The position numbers were made by a program, and so were the translations under genes. Positions 33,463 to 42,410 of a DNA stretch of 64,000 nt are shown piece by piece. Source of the stretch: Microgenomates group bacterium (GTDB taxonomy: Bacteria; Patescibacteriota; Microgenomatia; Daviesbacterales; UBA10151); NCBI GenBank assembly GCA_041659805.1, contig JBAZXP010000001.1, positions 966,841 through 1,030,840 on the forward strand, in the 5' to 3' direction. Each line of letters opens with the position of its first letter. The first letter of the stretch is position 1. A model generated the notes under the pieces. The model did not search any database and was not told where the DNA came from. It was given only the letters and a program-made list of their open reading frames with translations.

Positions 33463-33954
33463 CTATCTTGTCACATTTATTGTAACACTTAATTCTGCTG
33501 ATGGCGCTGCTACTGTCACTCTATTATTCGTAGCACTTTTTACAACAGTATAACCGGTATCGTAAGTTGTGCAATCAGTATATGAACCTGTTAACGGATC
33601 AACCGGCAACTGTGCAATATAAGTCGGGACCAAAGAAGAACATATATCTGCTCCACCTGTATTTTTAATTGTAGCTGCTGTAGTTCCTATCCCTACAGGT
33701 AAGGCTCCTCTGTTGTCTGCAGCATATTGATTAATTGCATTTAAAATTGAATTAACGTTGCTTTGTCTTTGAGTATTATTGGATTGAGAAAATTGCCTGG
33801 AAGGATTAATTGCAACCAAAGTAATTGTTAGGAGAACTGCTAAAATTCCAATAACAACTAAAAGTTCAATAAGAGTAAAACCTGTGGAGATTAATTTGAA
33901 GTAAGGCAGTTTCATATACTTATCGTAAGCGAGTTTTAATAGACCGTCAAGCAT
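33463..33954 (-). CDS. type IV pilin / pseudopilin
   Basis: Prepilin leader and N-terminal helix STGFTLIELLVVIGILAVLL (G|FTLIEL cleavage/methylation motif). Confidence 0.6.
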   Translation of the reverse strand: MLDGLLKLAYDKYMKLPYFKLISTGFTLIELLVVIGILAVLLTITLVAINPSRQFSQSNNTQRQSNVNSILNAINQYAADNRGALPVGIGTTAATIKNTGGADICSSLVPTYIAQLPVDPLTGSYTDCTTYDTGYTVVKSATNNRVTVAAPSAELSVTINVTR

Positions 33955-33958
33955 TAAT

Positions 33959-34504
33959 TTAGCTTCTTAAAAAGTTAGCTGTAGTTATTATTTTACTATC
34001 ATTAACTTTTTGCCAAATATCTTTTTGGTTTAAAGGTGTGTCCTGTGTAACATTACCTAAAACTGAAGCTGGTACTACTGTTTCAACAGTAAAACCAATC
34101 TTTTCTAATATTCTTTTCACAGGCAAATATAGATTTTTAGTAATAGCCACAACAGCAAGGTCTTTTTCATTAGCAATCTTTTTTATTTCTAGTTGGGTTG
34201 GGTCAAAAGGAATTTTTTCCAAAAAATTTTGTATTTGTCGCTGTTCTTCTGCCGGATTATGGGGAAAGACTTTCTGAAAAACCATATCACTACTTAAAAC
34301 TAGAGTAATTTTTTGACCTCCCCGATTACCTTGAGGAAAAATTCCAAAAATAAATTTTTCAAAGGCATCCACATCCATTATCTCTAAATGCCGAACTGCT
34401 CCAAAAGGATATGTAACATCAGCAGTTTTTTCACTTCCCTTATATACTTCCAAAGAATTTCTTTTTAAATATATAATAAGCTTAGGTTTATTAAAAAATA
34501 ACAT
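33959..34504 (-). CDS. hypothetical pilus-operon protein (paralogue of the N-terminal domain of the 35018..36037 product)
   Basis: Shares ...FL(E/N)xIPF...KI...VE(T/A)VVP... with the N-terminal 180 aa of the 339-aa protein two genes downstream. Confidence 0.3.
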   Translation of the reverse strand: MLFFNKPKLIIYLKRNSLEVYKGSEKTADVTYPFGAVRHLEIMDVDAFEKFIFGIFPQGNRGGQKITLVLSSDMVFQKVFPHNPAEEQRQIQNFLEKIPFDPTQLEIKKIANEKDLAVVAITKNLYLPVKRILEKIGFTVETVVPASVLGNVTQDTPLNQKDIWQKVNDSKIITTANFLRS

Positions 34505-34528
34505 TCTAGATTTATTGTAGCAGGAAAT

Positions 34529-34978
34529 TTAACGGCTGACAGTAACTGTTGCACTCTCAGCCGAAGGTGCACTCACAGTAACCCTATTATTAGTCGCACT
34601 TTTGGCAATTGTATAACCTGTATTATAGTTTGTGCAATCAGTATATGAGCCAGACGATGGATCAGCAGGCAAAGCTGCAACAAATTCTGTAACAAGAAGC
34701 GAGCAAATATCCAATCCTCCGGAGCTTCTAACGATTTGTGCGGAAGTAGTTATGCCTGCAGGGAGAGAACCATATTTTACTAGATACTGACCTACTGCAT
34801 TTAATATTACATTCACATCACTGTGTCTCTGGGTATTTCTAGCAGCAGCAAGTTGTGCACCCGGATTAATGGCAATTAAAACCATTGCTAAAAGAAATGT
34901 AAGCACTCCTGTTACAATAAGCAATTCTACAAGGGTGAAACCGAAATCTGAAAACTTAAATTTGAATCTGGGCAGCAT
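34529..34978 (-). CDS. type IV pilin / pseudopilin
   Basis: FGFTLVELLIVTGVLTFLLA N-terminus. Confidence 0.6.
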   Translation of the reverse strand: MLPRFKFKFSDFGFTLVELLIVTGVLTFLLAMVLIAINPGAQLAAARNTQRHSDVNVILNAVGQYLVKYGSLPAGITTSAQIVRSSGGLDICSLLVTEFVAALPADPSSGSYTDCTNYNTGYTIAKSATNNRVTVSAPSAESATVTVSR

Positions 34979-35017
34979 ATATTTATGATCTGATATTTGT
35001 AATAGTTTGTCAACGAA

Positions 35018-36037
35018 CTACTTATCCGTTCCTGTAGTTATTATTACTTCAAAATTTGCGGGGACATATTTTATTGTAGCTACATCTGAAAAATCAGTTT
35101 TAAGCATTTTGGTAATCTCGTCCTGCACATCAGATGAAACTTTATCAGAAAAAGAAACTGTTGTTTGTGCACTTGCAGTCCCCTCATAGTTTCCTGTTTC
35201 AATTATAGAATATCCTAACTTTAGAAGCTGATTTCTTATTTCAGAAGCCTGACCTGCAACCCCTGAACCATTTAGAATCTCAATTGTTAATTTATCTTTT
35301 GAGATACTGATCTCGCCTGACGAACTGGATTGTTGCATGGGGCTAGGACTAATATTAAATGTCAGATTAGGTGAAGAATTTGAACTATTTTTAGATTGCT
35401 CAGCTGACTTTAAGAAAAATTCTGCTAAAAAAATTAAAACAACCAACAAAAAACCTACAAATATAGCTATAAAATATTTTTTATTATTTCTCTTGGCACC
35501 ATACCCGGAAGACACTATTAAAAAATTATCTGGTTCTGAGGAATTAATTTTTTCAACAAGCGGAGGAATAACTTTCCAGCTTACCGCTCCTTTATCAATT
35601 TCCCCAAGTTTTTTAAATGGCACCACAGCTTCAACCTGCAATTTCATTAAAACACATGTATCTAGCAAAAAAGAATAAAGGTCTTTATTCGTACCTATCA
35701 ATTTTTCAGTCTCTGCTTTTGGAATTTTTACAAGAGCAATTTTTTTATTTTCAAAAGGTATGGTGTTTAAAAACTCCATAATTTCTTTTTCTTCTTCCTC
35801 TGGTGACTTAAAAGAAATATCTTTTTCATAAATAATCTCCTGAGACAATAAAATAACTGCTGATTCATCACGAAGATTATTTTCGTTAAAGAAATTTGTT
35901 ACCAGTCCTGTGTATTTTCTGCTATCTAAAATCTCCTGATTTTGTATAGTATCAGCTGGAAATTCCAACTTTTTGCTTTTATCAGAAACTATCAATTCTA
36001 TTGATTTATTATTCACTAAAATTGCTATTTTGCTCAT
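35018..36037 (-). CDS. bitopic pilus-assembly-associated protein: cytoplasmic N-domain, TM, periplasmic LytR_C-like domain
   Basis: TM helix FIAIFVGFLLVVLIFLAEFF at ~190. The C-terminal LTIEILNGSGVAGQASEIRNQLLKLGYSIIETGN resembles the LytR/CpsA/Psr C-terminal domain consensus (V-x-V-L-N-G-T-G-x-x-G-L-A). Confidence 0.4.
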   Translation of the reverse strand: MSKIAILVNNKSIELIVSDKSKKLEFPADTIQNQEILDSRKYTGLVTNFFNENNLRDESAVILLSQEIIYEKDISFKSPEEEEKEIMEFLNTIPFENKKIALVKIPKAETEKLIGTNKDLYSFLLDTCVLMKLQVEAVVPFKKLGEIDKGAVSWKVIPPLVEKINSSEPDNFLIVSSGYGAKRNNKKYFIAIFVGFLLVVLIFLAEFFLKSAEQSKNSSNSSPNLTFNISPSPMQQSSSSGEISISKDKLTIEILNGSGVAGQASEIRNQLLKLGYSIIETGNYEGTASAQTTVSFSDKVSSDVQDEITKMLKTDFSDVATIKYVPANFEVIITTGTDK

Positions 36038-36039
36038 AA

Positions 36040-36447
36040 TTAATTAATCTCGTTCCAACTGGATACTGTAAAAACATGCCCGGAAAAAGTACCAACAACC
36101 TGAATTTTCCGCCTAAAATTACCCATTACACCTTCTGAAACAATGGTTTTTGTTGTTGTACCGCTAACTGTAATTGTAACAGTTCCAGACCCTACACTAA
36201 AAGTCTCACCTGTGTAGTTGGGGTTTCGGAGCAGCCTTAAAACTGCATTGTCAGCACCTGTTTGGGCAAGTAAATAAGAATTTTCACCAATCTCAACTTT
36301 ACTGGTAGCTTCTGAATTAATTATTGTCACAGCCACAGCCCCCGTAACCACGGTTATGGCAATTACCATAAAAACTAACAAAGTAATCAAAGTCTGACCC
36401 TTTTCCTTGACTCTTAATTCTGTATTTTTAAATCTTAAATCTTTCAT
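36040..36447 (-). CDS. pseudopilin-like protein (atypical leader)
   Basis: KGQTLITLLVFMVIAITVV N-terminal hydrophobic helix but no Glu at +5. Confidence 0.4.
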   Translation of the reverse strand: MKDLRFKNTELRVKEKGQTLITLLVFMVIAITVVTGAVAVTIINSEATSKVEIGENSYLLAQTGADNAVLRLLRNPNYTGETFSVGSGTVTITVSGTTTKTIVSEGVMGNFRRKIQVVGTFSGHVFTVSSWNEIN

Positions 36448-36932
36448 TATCTTCTCCCCACAGTTGTTGTAAAAGTTCTAACTTCGCTCCCTGCAACTCT
36501 GGTAGTTGCACTGGTTAAAGTGTATGTTACTTTTATTGTATCTTTACCTCCCGTATTTCCCAATCTTTGAAATGTCAGACCTGAAACCTGAGATTCTGAA
36601 CTATTTAGATTATTTGTTCCAAGGTTATTTACTAACTGTAAATTTGTGCCATTCAGAGAATACGTATAGGTATTTCCCCCTACAACCATTGTTAAAGTAC
36701 CGCCTGAGGCACCAAGAGTTGCCGGTTGGGATATCGATGTCGCCAACGCGACATCGTAAGCTAACCTGGCTGTAATAAACCTACCATCAGTCTGCACAGA
36801 TGAAGTAGCTGCTGATTCTGCTTTAACATCCAAAATAGCCACCAAAACATCAGTTAAAACCAGCAGGAATCCTGCCATCAAACCCATATAAATTAACATT
36901 TCTACTAATGTGAAGCCTTTTTGTTTTTTCAT
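36447..36932 (-). CDS. type IV pilin / pseudopilin
   Basis: MKKQKGFTLVEMLIYMGL N-terminus. Confidence 0.6.
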   Translation of the reverse strand: MKKQKGFTLVEMLIYMGLMAGFLLVLTDVLVAILDVKAESAATSSVQTDGRFITARLAYDVALATSISQPATLGASGGTLTMVVGGNTYTYSLNGTNLQLVNNLGTNNLNSSESQVSGLTFQRLGNTGGKDTIKVTYTLTSATTRVAGSEVRTFTTTVGRR

Positions 36933-38767
36933 GGACTATAATTTACTGATAAATCTGTGACATACGGAATGTCAGTGTTTGTACTGGTAAAGTATATTTT
37001 ATACCTTAAGTACCTGCCTGAAACATTTACCAGATTAATTGCTCCATATCCACCTGTAAAATATGTGCCAGAAGTTCCATCTGGACCCACGAAACTCCAT
37101 GTAGCATTATCAGAGTTTGTGGCTATTTGTAGTCTGGTAGTTGTATTTGCTGTATTGACTTCTGTCCAATTTATATTATTAAAACCGGCATTTGCGCCTG
37201 CATCCATAGTCGCAGATATAAAATCACCTGAATTGGGAAATGCAGACCCGTTATAACCAATTTGTATTTTATCTAATCGCACAAATTGAGCACCGTTACT
37301 AATTAAAAATGCCCGGACTTTTATCTGACCTGAAGCAGCAGAAAAAGCAGGTATAAACTGATTCACAGTAGCAGCTGAATTATAGTGTGTCGGTAAAGTC
37401 GCTGTTTGCCAACCTCCGCTCCAATATTTCCATGTTACTCCATTATCATCAGAAAGTTGGTACATAATTGACCCGCCATTTGTTATTTCTGTCGCTGTAA
37501 ATGAACTCCAGGAAAATACATTACTTGGAACAAATGAAGCTATGGGGTAAATTGTCGGGCTGGTGGTATCATAACTTACAATATTGCCTGTCCAGGAAAG
37601 TAAAGCATTATCATACCCAATTGTAAAAGGTCCACCGTTTAATACCGTATCATAATCAACGAAGGCTCCGATTTTTAAATAATATGTACCGGCAGTTACC
37701 ATTTGGGGGCTGACATCAACCGTCACTGTACCTGACCAGGGCATAACTGAAATAATATTGCCTGAATCCCAAACCTGAGTAGTAGGAACACCTGTGGCAA
37801 TAGTATCCAACCACGCATAAAGATGAAGAGAAGTTACAGTTGGATTAAAAACTAAAACCTGCCAATTAAAAGTTAGTGTGCCTGTTACATTCGGAACTGT
37901 TGTGGTAGTAGGCTGACGATAATAGAGCCCACCCGCTTTATTGTGATTTTTGTTTGTAACTTCTCTTAACCAAGCACCGGGAATTCCACCTGTAGCTATT
38001 CTTGCACCTGCCTGACCTACACCATCACCATAATTAACACGGACCCAAGGATTAGCGGTAGTATCAAAACCAGGATTTGTAGTAGCACCTGAAACAGGAG
38101 TATTAATTGGTTTTAGTTCTGCAAAACCATTTAAAACCTCAATTTTATTTGAATCATAAGTATAGCTAACAGGAGATGTGTAATCATCAACAAAACTGTA
38201 TGAACTGGATCCAACATTGGAAAGCCTAACCGATCCTCCACCAGTTGTATCACTTTCAGTATTATTAAATGTTCCCCCGTTAAAATCTGCTTGGGTGGTA
38301 TGAACTAAAGTTGTGTTCCCCAAATACCTTTGTAAATATTCTGTGGTGGTAACTGAACCTGGGTTGGGAGTTGTCCAGGAAACAGTATAAACAGCCAACT
38401 TAGTGGAAGGGTCTATTACTCCACCGCTCAATACAATATTTCCACTTGAATCTCTTTGAACTGAAGATATAGCAACTTGCCTGGTAAAATTACTGTTGAT
38501 TGTTTCTGAACCTGTTGCTAAACTCCAGGAAGTTGCACCTTGTACAGGATGATAGGTATTATTAGAAGCAATATTACTCCATCCTGCTTCCCTAACAGAT
38601 CTGACAGCTTCTTCCTCCTCTTTTAAATAAGTTAAAGCCTGCAACCGTTGCCCCTCTTGCGCCTTTCCTTCGCGGGATGCGATTAAGCCGCTCAAAATTC
38701 CCGGAATAATTACGGCAGCCAAAGCTATTGCGATAAGTAATTCAATTAAAGATTGTCCTTTTTGCAT
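36929..38767 (-). CDS. large pilin-like protein with N-terminal pilin helix and ~580-aa Thr/Ser/Gly-rich beta-rich domain (candidate tip adhesin / PilY1-like function)
   Basis: MQKGQSLIELLIAIALAAVII prepilin-type N-terminus followed by a large low-complexity beta-rich region. Confidence 0.5.
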   Translation of the reverse strand: MQKGQSLIELLIAIALAAVIIPGILSGLIASREGKAQEGQRLQALTYLKEEEEAVRSVREAGWSNIASNNTYHPVQGATSWSLATGSETINSNFTRQVAISSVQRDSSGNIVLSGGVIDPSTKLAVYTVSWTTPNPGSVTTTEYLQRYLGNTTLVHTTQADFNGGTFNNTESDTTGGGSVRLSNVGSSSYSFVDDYTSPVSYTYDSNKIEVLNGFAELKPINTPVSGATTNPGFDTTANPWVRVNYGDGVGQAGARIATGGIPGAWLREVTNKNHNKAGGLYYRQPTTTTVPNVTGTLTFNWQVLVFNPTVTSLHLYAWLDTIATGVPTTQVWDSGNIISVMPWSGTVTVDVSPQMVTAGTYYLKIGAFVDYDTVLNGGPFTIGYDNALLSWTGNIVSYDTTSPTIYPIASFVPSNVFSWSSFTATEITNGGSIMYQLSDDNGVTWKYWSGGWQTATLPTHYNSAATVNQFIPAFSAASGQIKVRAFLISNGAQFVRLDKIQIGYNGSAFPNSGDFISATMDAGANAGFNNINWTEVNTANTTTRLQIATNSDNATWSFVGPDGTSGTYFTGGYGAINLVNVSGRYLRYKIYFTSTNTDIPYVTDLSVNYSP

Positions 38768-39240
38768 TAATTCACAGATATAACACCTAAATTATTTACG
38801 GTAATTGTTTTTGAATTTCCCCCATTATCAGAAATGGTTATGGTGTTTGAACCATTCACAAAACTTACAACTTCACCACTTCTCCTTTCGAATACAACCA
38901 GATGCCCTGAAAAAGTATCTACTAAATTTTCCGAGGTATCCAGATTTATAATAAAATTACTGGTGTCTCCTGAATTATAAGTAGTACCTCTAAAAATAGT
39001 GTAACTATTGGAGGTAAAAAAAATTCCATAACTCTGAGCAGTTGTTTGTCCCTCACTATCCCCGATCATTGATTTTAACTGAGCTTCTTTTAAATCAGCA
39101 GCCAACGTGTTGATGGAAGCTTCAACCGATGCTTTTGTTTGAGGACGGATTAAATTAATAGTAATAAACGAGGCTAAAATTGCAAACAAACCCATTACCA
39201 AAAGTATCTCTACCAAGGTAAACCCGAATGATTTTTTCAT
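38767..39240 (-). CDS. type IV pilin / pseudopilin
   Basis: MKKSFGFTLVEILLVMGLFAIL N-terminus. Confidence 0.6.
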   Translation of the reverse strand: MKKSFGFTLVEILLVMGLFAILASFITINLIRPQTKASVEASINTLAADLKEAQLKSMIGDSEGQTTAQSYGIFFTSNSYTIFRGTTYNSGDTSNFIINLDTSENLVDTFSGHLVVFERRSGEVVSFVNGSNTITISDNGGNSKTITVNNLGVISVN

Positions 39241-39243
39241 AAC

Positions 39244-40290
39244 TTACCTTCCCTTTATCTGACCGATGAGCTGATAAATAGGAGACACAATTGAAAGCAT
39301 TAAGCCTCCTACAAAAATTCCTATTATTACCAGTAATATTGGTTCAAGTAAAGTTGTAAAATTCTTTAGCGCATTTGCCACCCTTGTTTCAAAATAATCA
39401 GATAATTCCTGCATTGATTTTTCCAAAGTTCCGCTTTTTTCTCCTGCCTCAGTTATCCTCATCATTGTTTCTGGAATCAGGTGTTTTTTATCTTCTGCAA
39501 ATCCGTCTGACAATTTCTTACCTGCATCAACCGCAACCTTACAATTTTTAATTAAAGTCTCAACGTCACGTCTATTAACCACAAACCGGCAAAGCTCTAA
39601 GGATTCTGTAATCGGAATTCCTGCACCCAGAAGGAGAGACAGGCTGTGTGTAAAACGGGCAAAATCAATTTCTAAGGCTAGGCCTGAAAGAAGTGGGAAT
39701 GAATAGAAAAAATTAATTAATTCCTTTCTTCTTGTGTTATAAAGATAAACCGCCAATATAATAACTAGAATAGCTGCTCCTGCAACATAGATTGTGTATT
39801 GTAGTAACAGGTTGGAAAAGAAAATCAAAACTTGAGTAGGCAGGGGCAGAGAAACATTTAACCTGCTAAACACTACTGCAATTCTGGGAATAACATATCC
39901 TAAAACCAAAAGTAACACACCCAAAAAGACCACCACTACTAAACCGGGGTAAGCCAACGCAGCCTTTACTTTATCTGAAAATTCCATTTCTTTTTTAAAG
40001 CTAATTACCAAATCCTTTAAGGTGGTGTCCAAAGTTCCTGATTCTTCAGCAGCTTTAATAAGACTGACGGTAATTGGATCAAAAGCGTCAGGAGAATTCT
40101 CGAAAGATTCTGCAATTGTTTTACCTTCTTTTAAATCTTCTCTTAATTTTTCCAGGATTTTTTTAGGGTTTCCTTTTGCTTCCTTTAAAGCTGAATCAAC
40201 AGCATCCAAAATAGGAATGCCTGCTCCCAACATTGTTCCTAAATTACTTATAAGATTAAGCCTTTCTTGGCTGGACAGATTTAGACTCAT
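39244..40290 (-). CDS. pilC: type IV pilus / T2SS platform protein (GspF/PilC family)
   Basis: 348-aa polytopic membrane protein with duplicated GspF-like cytoplasmic segments, adjacent to the PilB ATPase. Confidence 0.7.
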   Translation of the reverse strand: MSLNLSSQERLNLISNLGTMLGAGIPILDAVDSALKEAKGNPKKILEKLREDLKEGKTIAESFENSPDAFDPITVSLIKAAEESGTLDTTLKDLVISFKKEMEFSDKVKAALAYPGLVVVVFLGVLLLVLGYVIPRIAVVFSRLNVSLPLPTQVLIFFSNLLLQYTIYVAGAAILVIILAVYLYNTRRKELINFFYSFPLLSGLALEIDFARFTHSLSLLLGAGIPITESLELCRFVVNRRDVETLIKNCKVAVDAGKKLSDGFAEDKKHLIPETMMRITEAGEKSGTLEKSMQELSDYFETRVANALKNFTTLLEPILLVIIGIFVGGLMLSIVSPIYQLIGQIKGR

Positions 40291-40298
40291 ATAAAAAT

Positions 40299-41984
40299 TT
40301 ATTCCTTTGTTGCTCTAACAACCTCCTCTATGCTGGTAACTCCTGTGATAGCTTTCTCAATCCCGTCATCCATCATGGTAGTCATTCCTTCACTCTCAGC
40401 TTTTTTTGAAATTACATCAGAATCAGCTTTTGCCACAATTAATTCCTTAACGCTATCTGTCACCTCTAATACTTCAAAAATTCCTACCCGGCCTACATAA
40501 CCGGTATTATGACAGACAGGACAGCCTTTACTCATATAAAGTCTTACTTCTGTCTTTTTATCAAAATGTTTAGCGAACATTACATCACCAATCTCTTTTT
40601 GAAGTTTTAGAGCATCAGCTGAAACTGAGTACCTACATTTCTCACAAAGCCTTCTGACTAGTCTTTGGGCAATAATAACATTTACGGTGCTGGATACTAA
40701 AAACGGTTCAACTCCCATTTCTATAAAACGGGGCAGGGAGGTTGCAGCATCATTGGTATGTAACGTCGACAAAACCAAATGTCCGGTCATAGCAGAATTT
40801 ATAGCAATCCCAGCTGTCTCATCATCACGGATTTCTCCGACGAACATGATATCAGGATCCTGTCTCATAATAGACTTCAAACCTTCTGCAAAAGTCAAGT
40901 TAGTCTTGGGATTTACCTGAATTTGGTTAATTCCCTCAATTTCATATTCCACAGGATCTTCAATTGTGGCTATATTTTTTTCTCTACTATTAATAATTTT
41001 TAAAACTGCATAAATCGTTGTGGTTTTACCACAACCAGTAGGACCGGTTGATAAAACCATTCCAAATGGCTTCATAAAACCATTTTTTACTTTTGCTACA
41101 TCTTTATCATTCATACCCAAATCCAACAGCCCAAATTGTCTTGACTTCGAGGACAAAAGACGCATAACAGTCTTCTCCCCATTCACTGTCGGCACTATTG
41201 AAACGCGGATATCCAACGTCTCATCCGGCATTTTTTTCTGCATTTTGCCGTCTTGAGCACTTAAATGTTCATCAATTCTCAGTTTACTTAATACTTTGAT
41301 ACGGGAAACGATTTTATCATGCAAAGTTAAAGGCAAATTTAAAACGTCGTGCAAAACACCATCCACCCTAAACCGGACAACACTTCCTTCTTCTTTAGGC
41401 TCAATATGTACGTCCGAAGCGCGCTGTGAATAAGCGTGATCAATAAGAGTATCAATAATCTTGGCAATTGGTGTTTCCGCTGCCTGGGAGGTAGTGGCAA
41501 TTTTTGCTTCACTGATGCTTTCTGCAATCATTGAATCAAAATCTTTTTGGAGGCTTTTTCTATACAACTCAAGAGCTTTATCTAAATCACGGTCTGTTGC
41601 AAAATATGGGTGAACAGACACCCCTGCTTTTTGAGAAACAGTTTGAATGATATCTTCATTCGAAGGATCAGCCATAGCCAGCTTTAGACCTGTTTTATCA
41701 GTTTCAAAAGCGATAATCCTTTGTTTCAAAGCCATATTCTCAGGAATAATTTGTAGAATTTCCGGGGGGATCGCCCTTTCAGATAGCTTCACAAAAGGCA
41801 CTTTAATCATATCTGCAATTACTTTTCCGAGATTTTCATCACTAATTAAATCCCTATCAACCAAAAGTTTTACTAAGGGAATTTTTTTATTTAAAGAGGC
41901 ATTGCGCACCTCATCTAATTGCTTCTGATCAATTACACCCAACTCTGCAAGCATTTTATACAAGGAATCATCAGAATAAAGCAT
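40299..41984 (-). CDS. pilB: type IV pilus assembly ATPase (GspE/PilB family)
   Basis: Walker A GPTGCGKTTT, Asp box, Walker B/His box, C-terminal tetracysteine (CEKC...CPVC). Confidence 0.85.
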   Translation of the reverse strand: MLYSDDSLYKMLAELGVIDQKQLDEVRNASLNKKIPLVKLLVDRDLISDENLGKVIADMIKVPFVKLSERAIPPEILQIIPENMALKQRIIAFETDKTGLKLAMADPSNEDIIQTVSQKAGVSVHPYFATDRDLDKALELYRKSLQKDFDSMIAESISEAKIATTSQAAETPIAKIIDTLIDHAYSQRASDVHIEPKEEGSVVRFRVDGVLHDVLNLPLTLHDKIVSRIKVLSKLRIDEHLSAQDGKMQKKMPDETLDIRVSIVPTVNGEKTVMRLLSSKSRQFGLLDLGMNDKDVAKVKNGFMKPFGMVLSTGPTGCGKTTTIYAVLKIINSREKNIATIEDPVEYEIEGINQIQVNPKTNLTFAEGLKSIMRQDPDIMFVGEIRDDETAGIAINSAMTGHLVLSTLHTNDAATSLPRFIEMGVEPFLVSSTVNVIIAQRLVRRLCEKCRYSVSADALKLQKEIGDVMFAKHFDKKTEVRLYMSKGCPVCHNTGYVGRVGIFEVLEVTDSVKELIVAKADSDVISKKAESEGMTTMMDDGIEKAITGVTSIEEVVRATKE

Positions 41985-42030
41985 ACTAAAATAGTGCTAG
42001 CAGATTACGGGTAAAATGAAAAGAATTTAA

Positions 42031-42408
42031 CTAAAGGTGCTTAAATATATTTTTTATCTTTTCCATCATTTCTACAAGAGAAATATCTGATTTAACAAAA
42101 TAGCCCAATACCCCCATTTTATTCGCTTTTTTTACATCTTCCTCTTGTCCGAGATTTGATAGAACAATCACTTTTAAGTCTTTAAGATTTGCATCAGCTC
42201 TTAACTCTTCTAATACCTCAAAACCATCCTTAATGGGCATGACTAAATCTAAAAGCAGTAAGTCCGGTTTTTTCTGTCTCACGGCAACCAAAGCTGTTTC
42301 ACCATTCCCAACTATTAAAGTTTCATAGCCTCCTTTTAGCAGCTTAATTTTAAAAAGGTTGGCATAATATTTATCATCCTCTGCCACAATAATATATTTT
42401 TTATCCAT
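42031..42408 (-). CDS. stand-alone response-regulator receiver (CheY-like)
   Basis: IIVAEDD...DLLLLDLVMPIKDGFEVL receiver signature; 125 aa. Confidence 0.7.
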   Translation of the reverse strand: MDKKYIIVAEDDKYYANLFKIKLLKGGYETLIVGNGETALVAVRQKKPDLLLLDLVMPIKDGFEVLEELRADANLKDLKVIVLSNLGQEEDVKKANKMGVLGYFVKSDISLVEMMEKIKNIFKHL

Positions 42409-42410
42409 TT

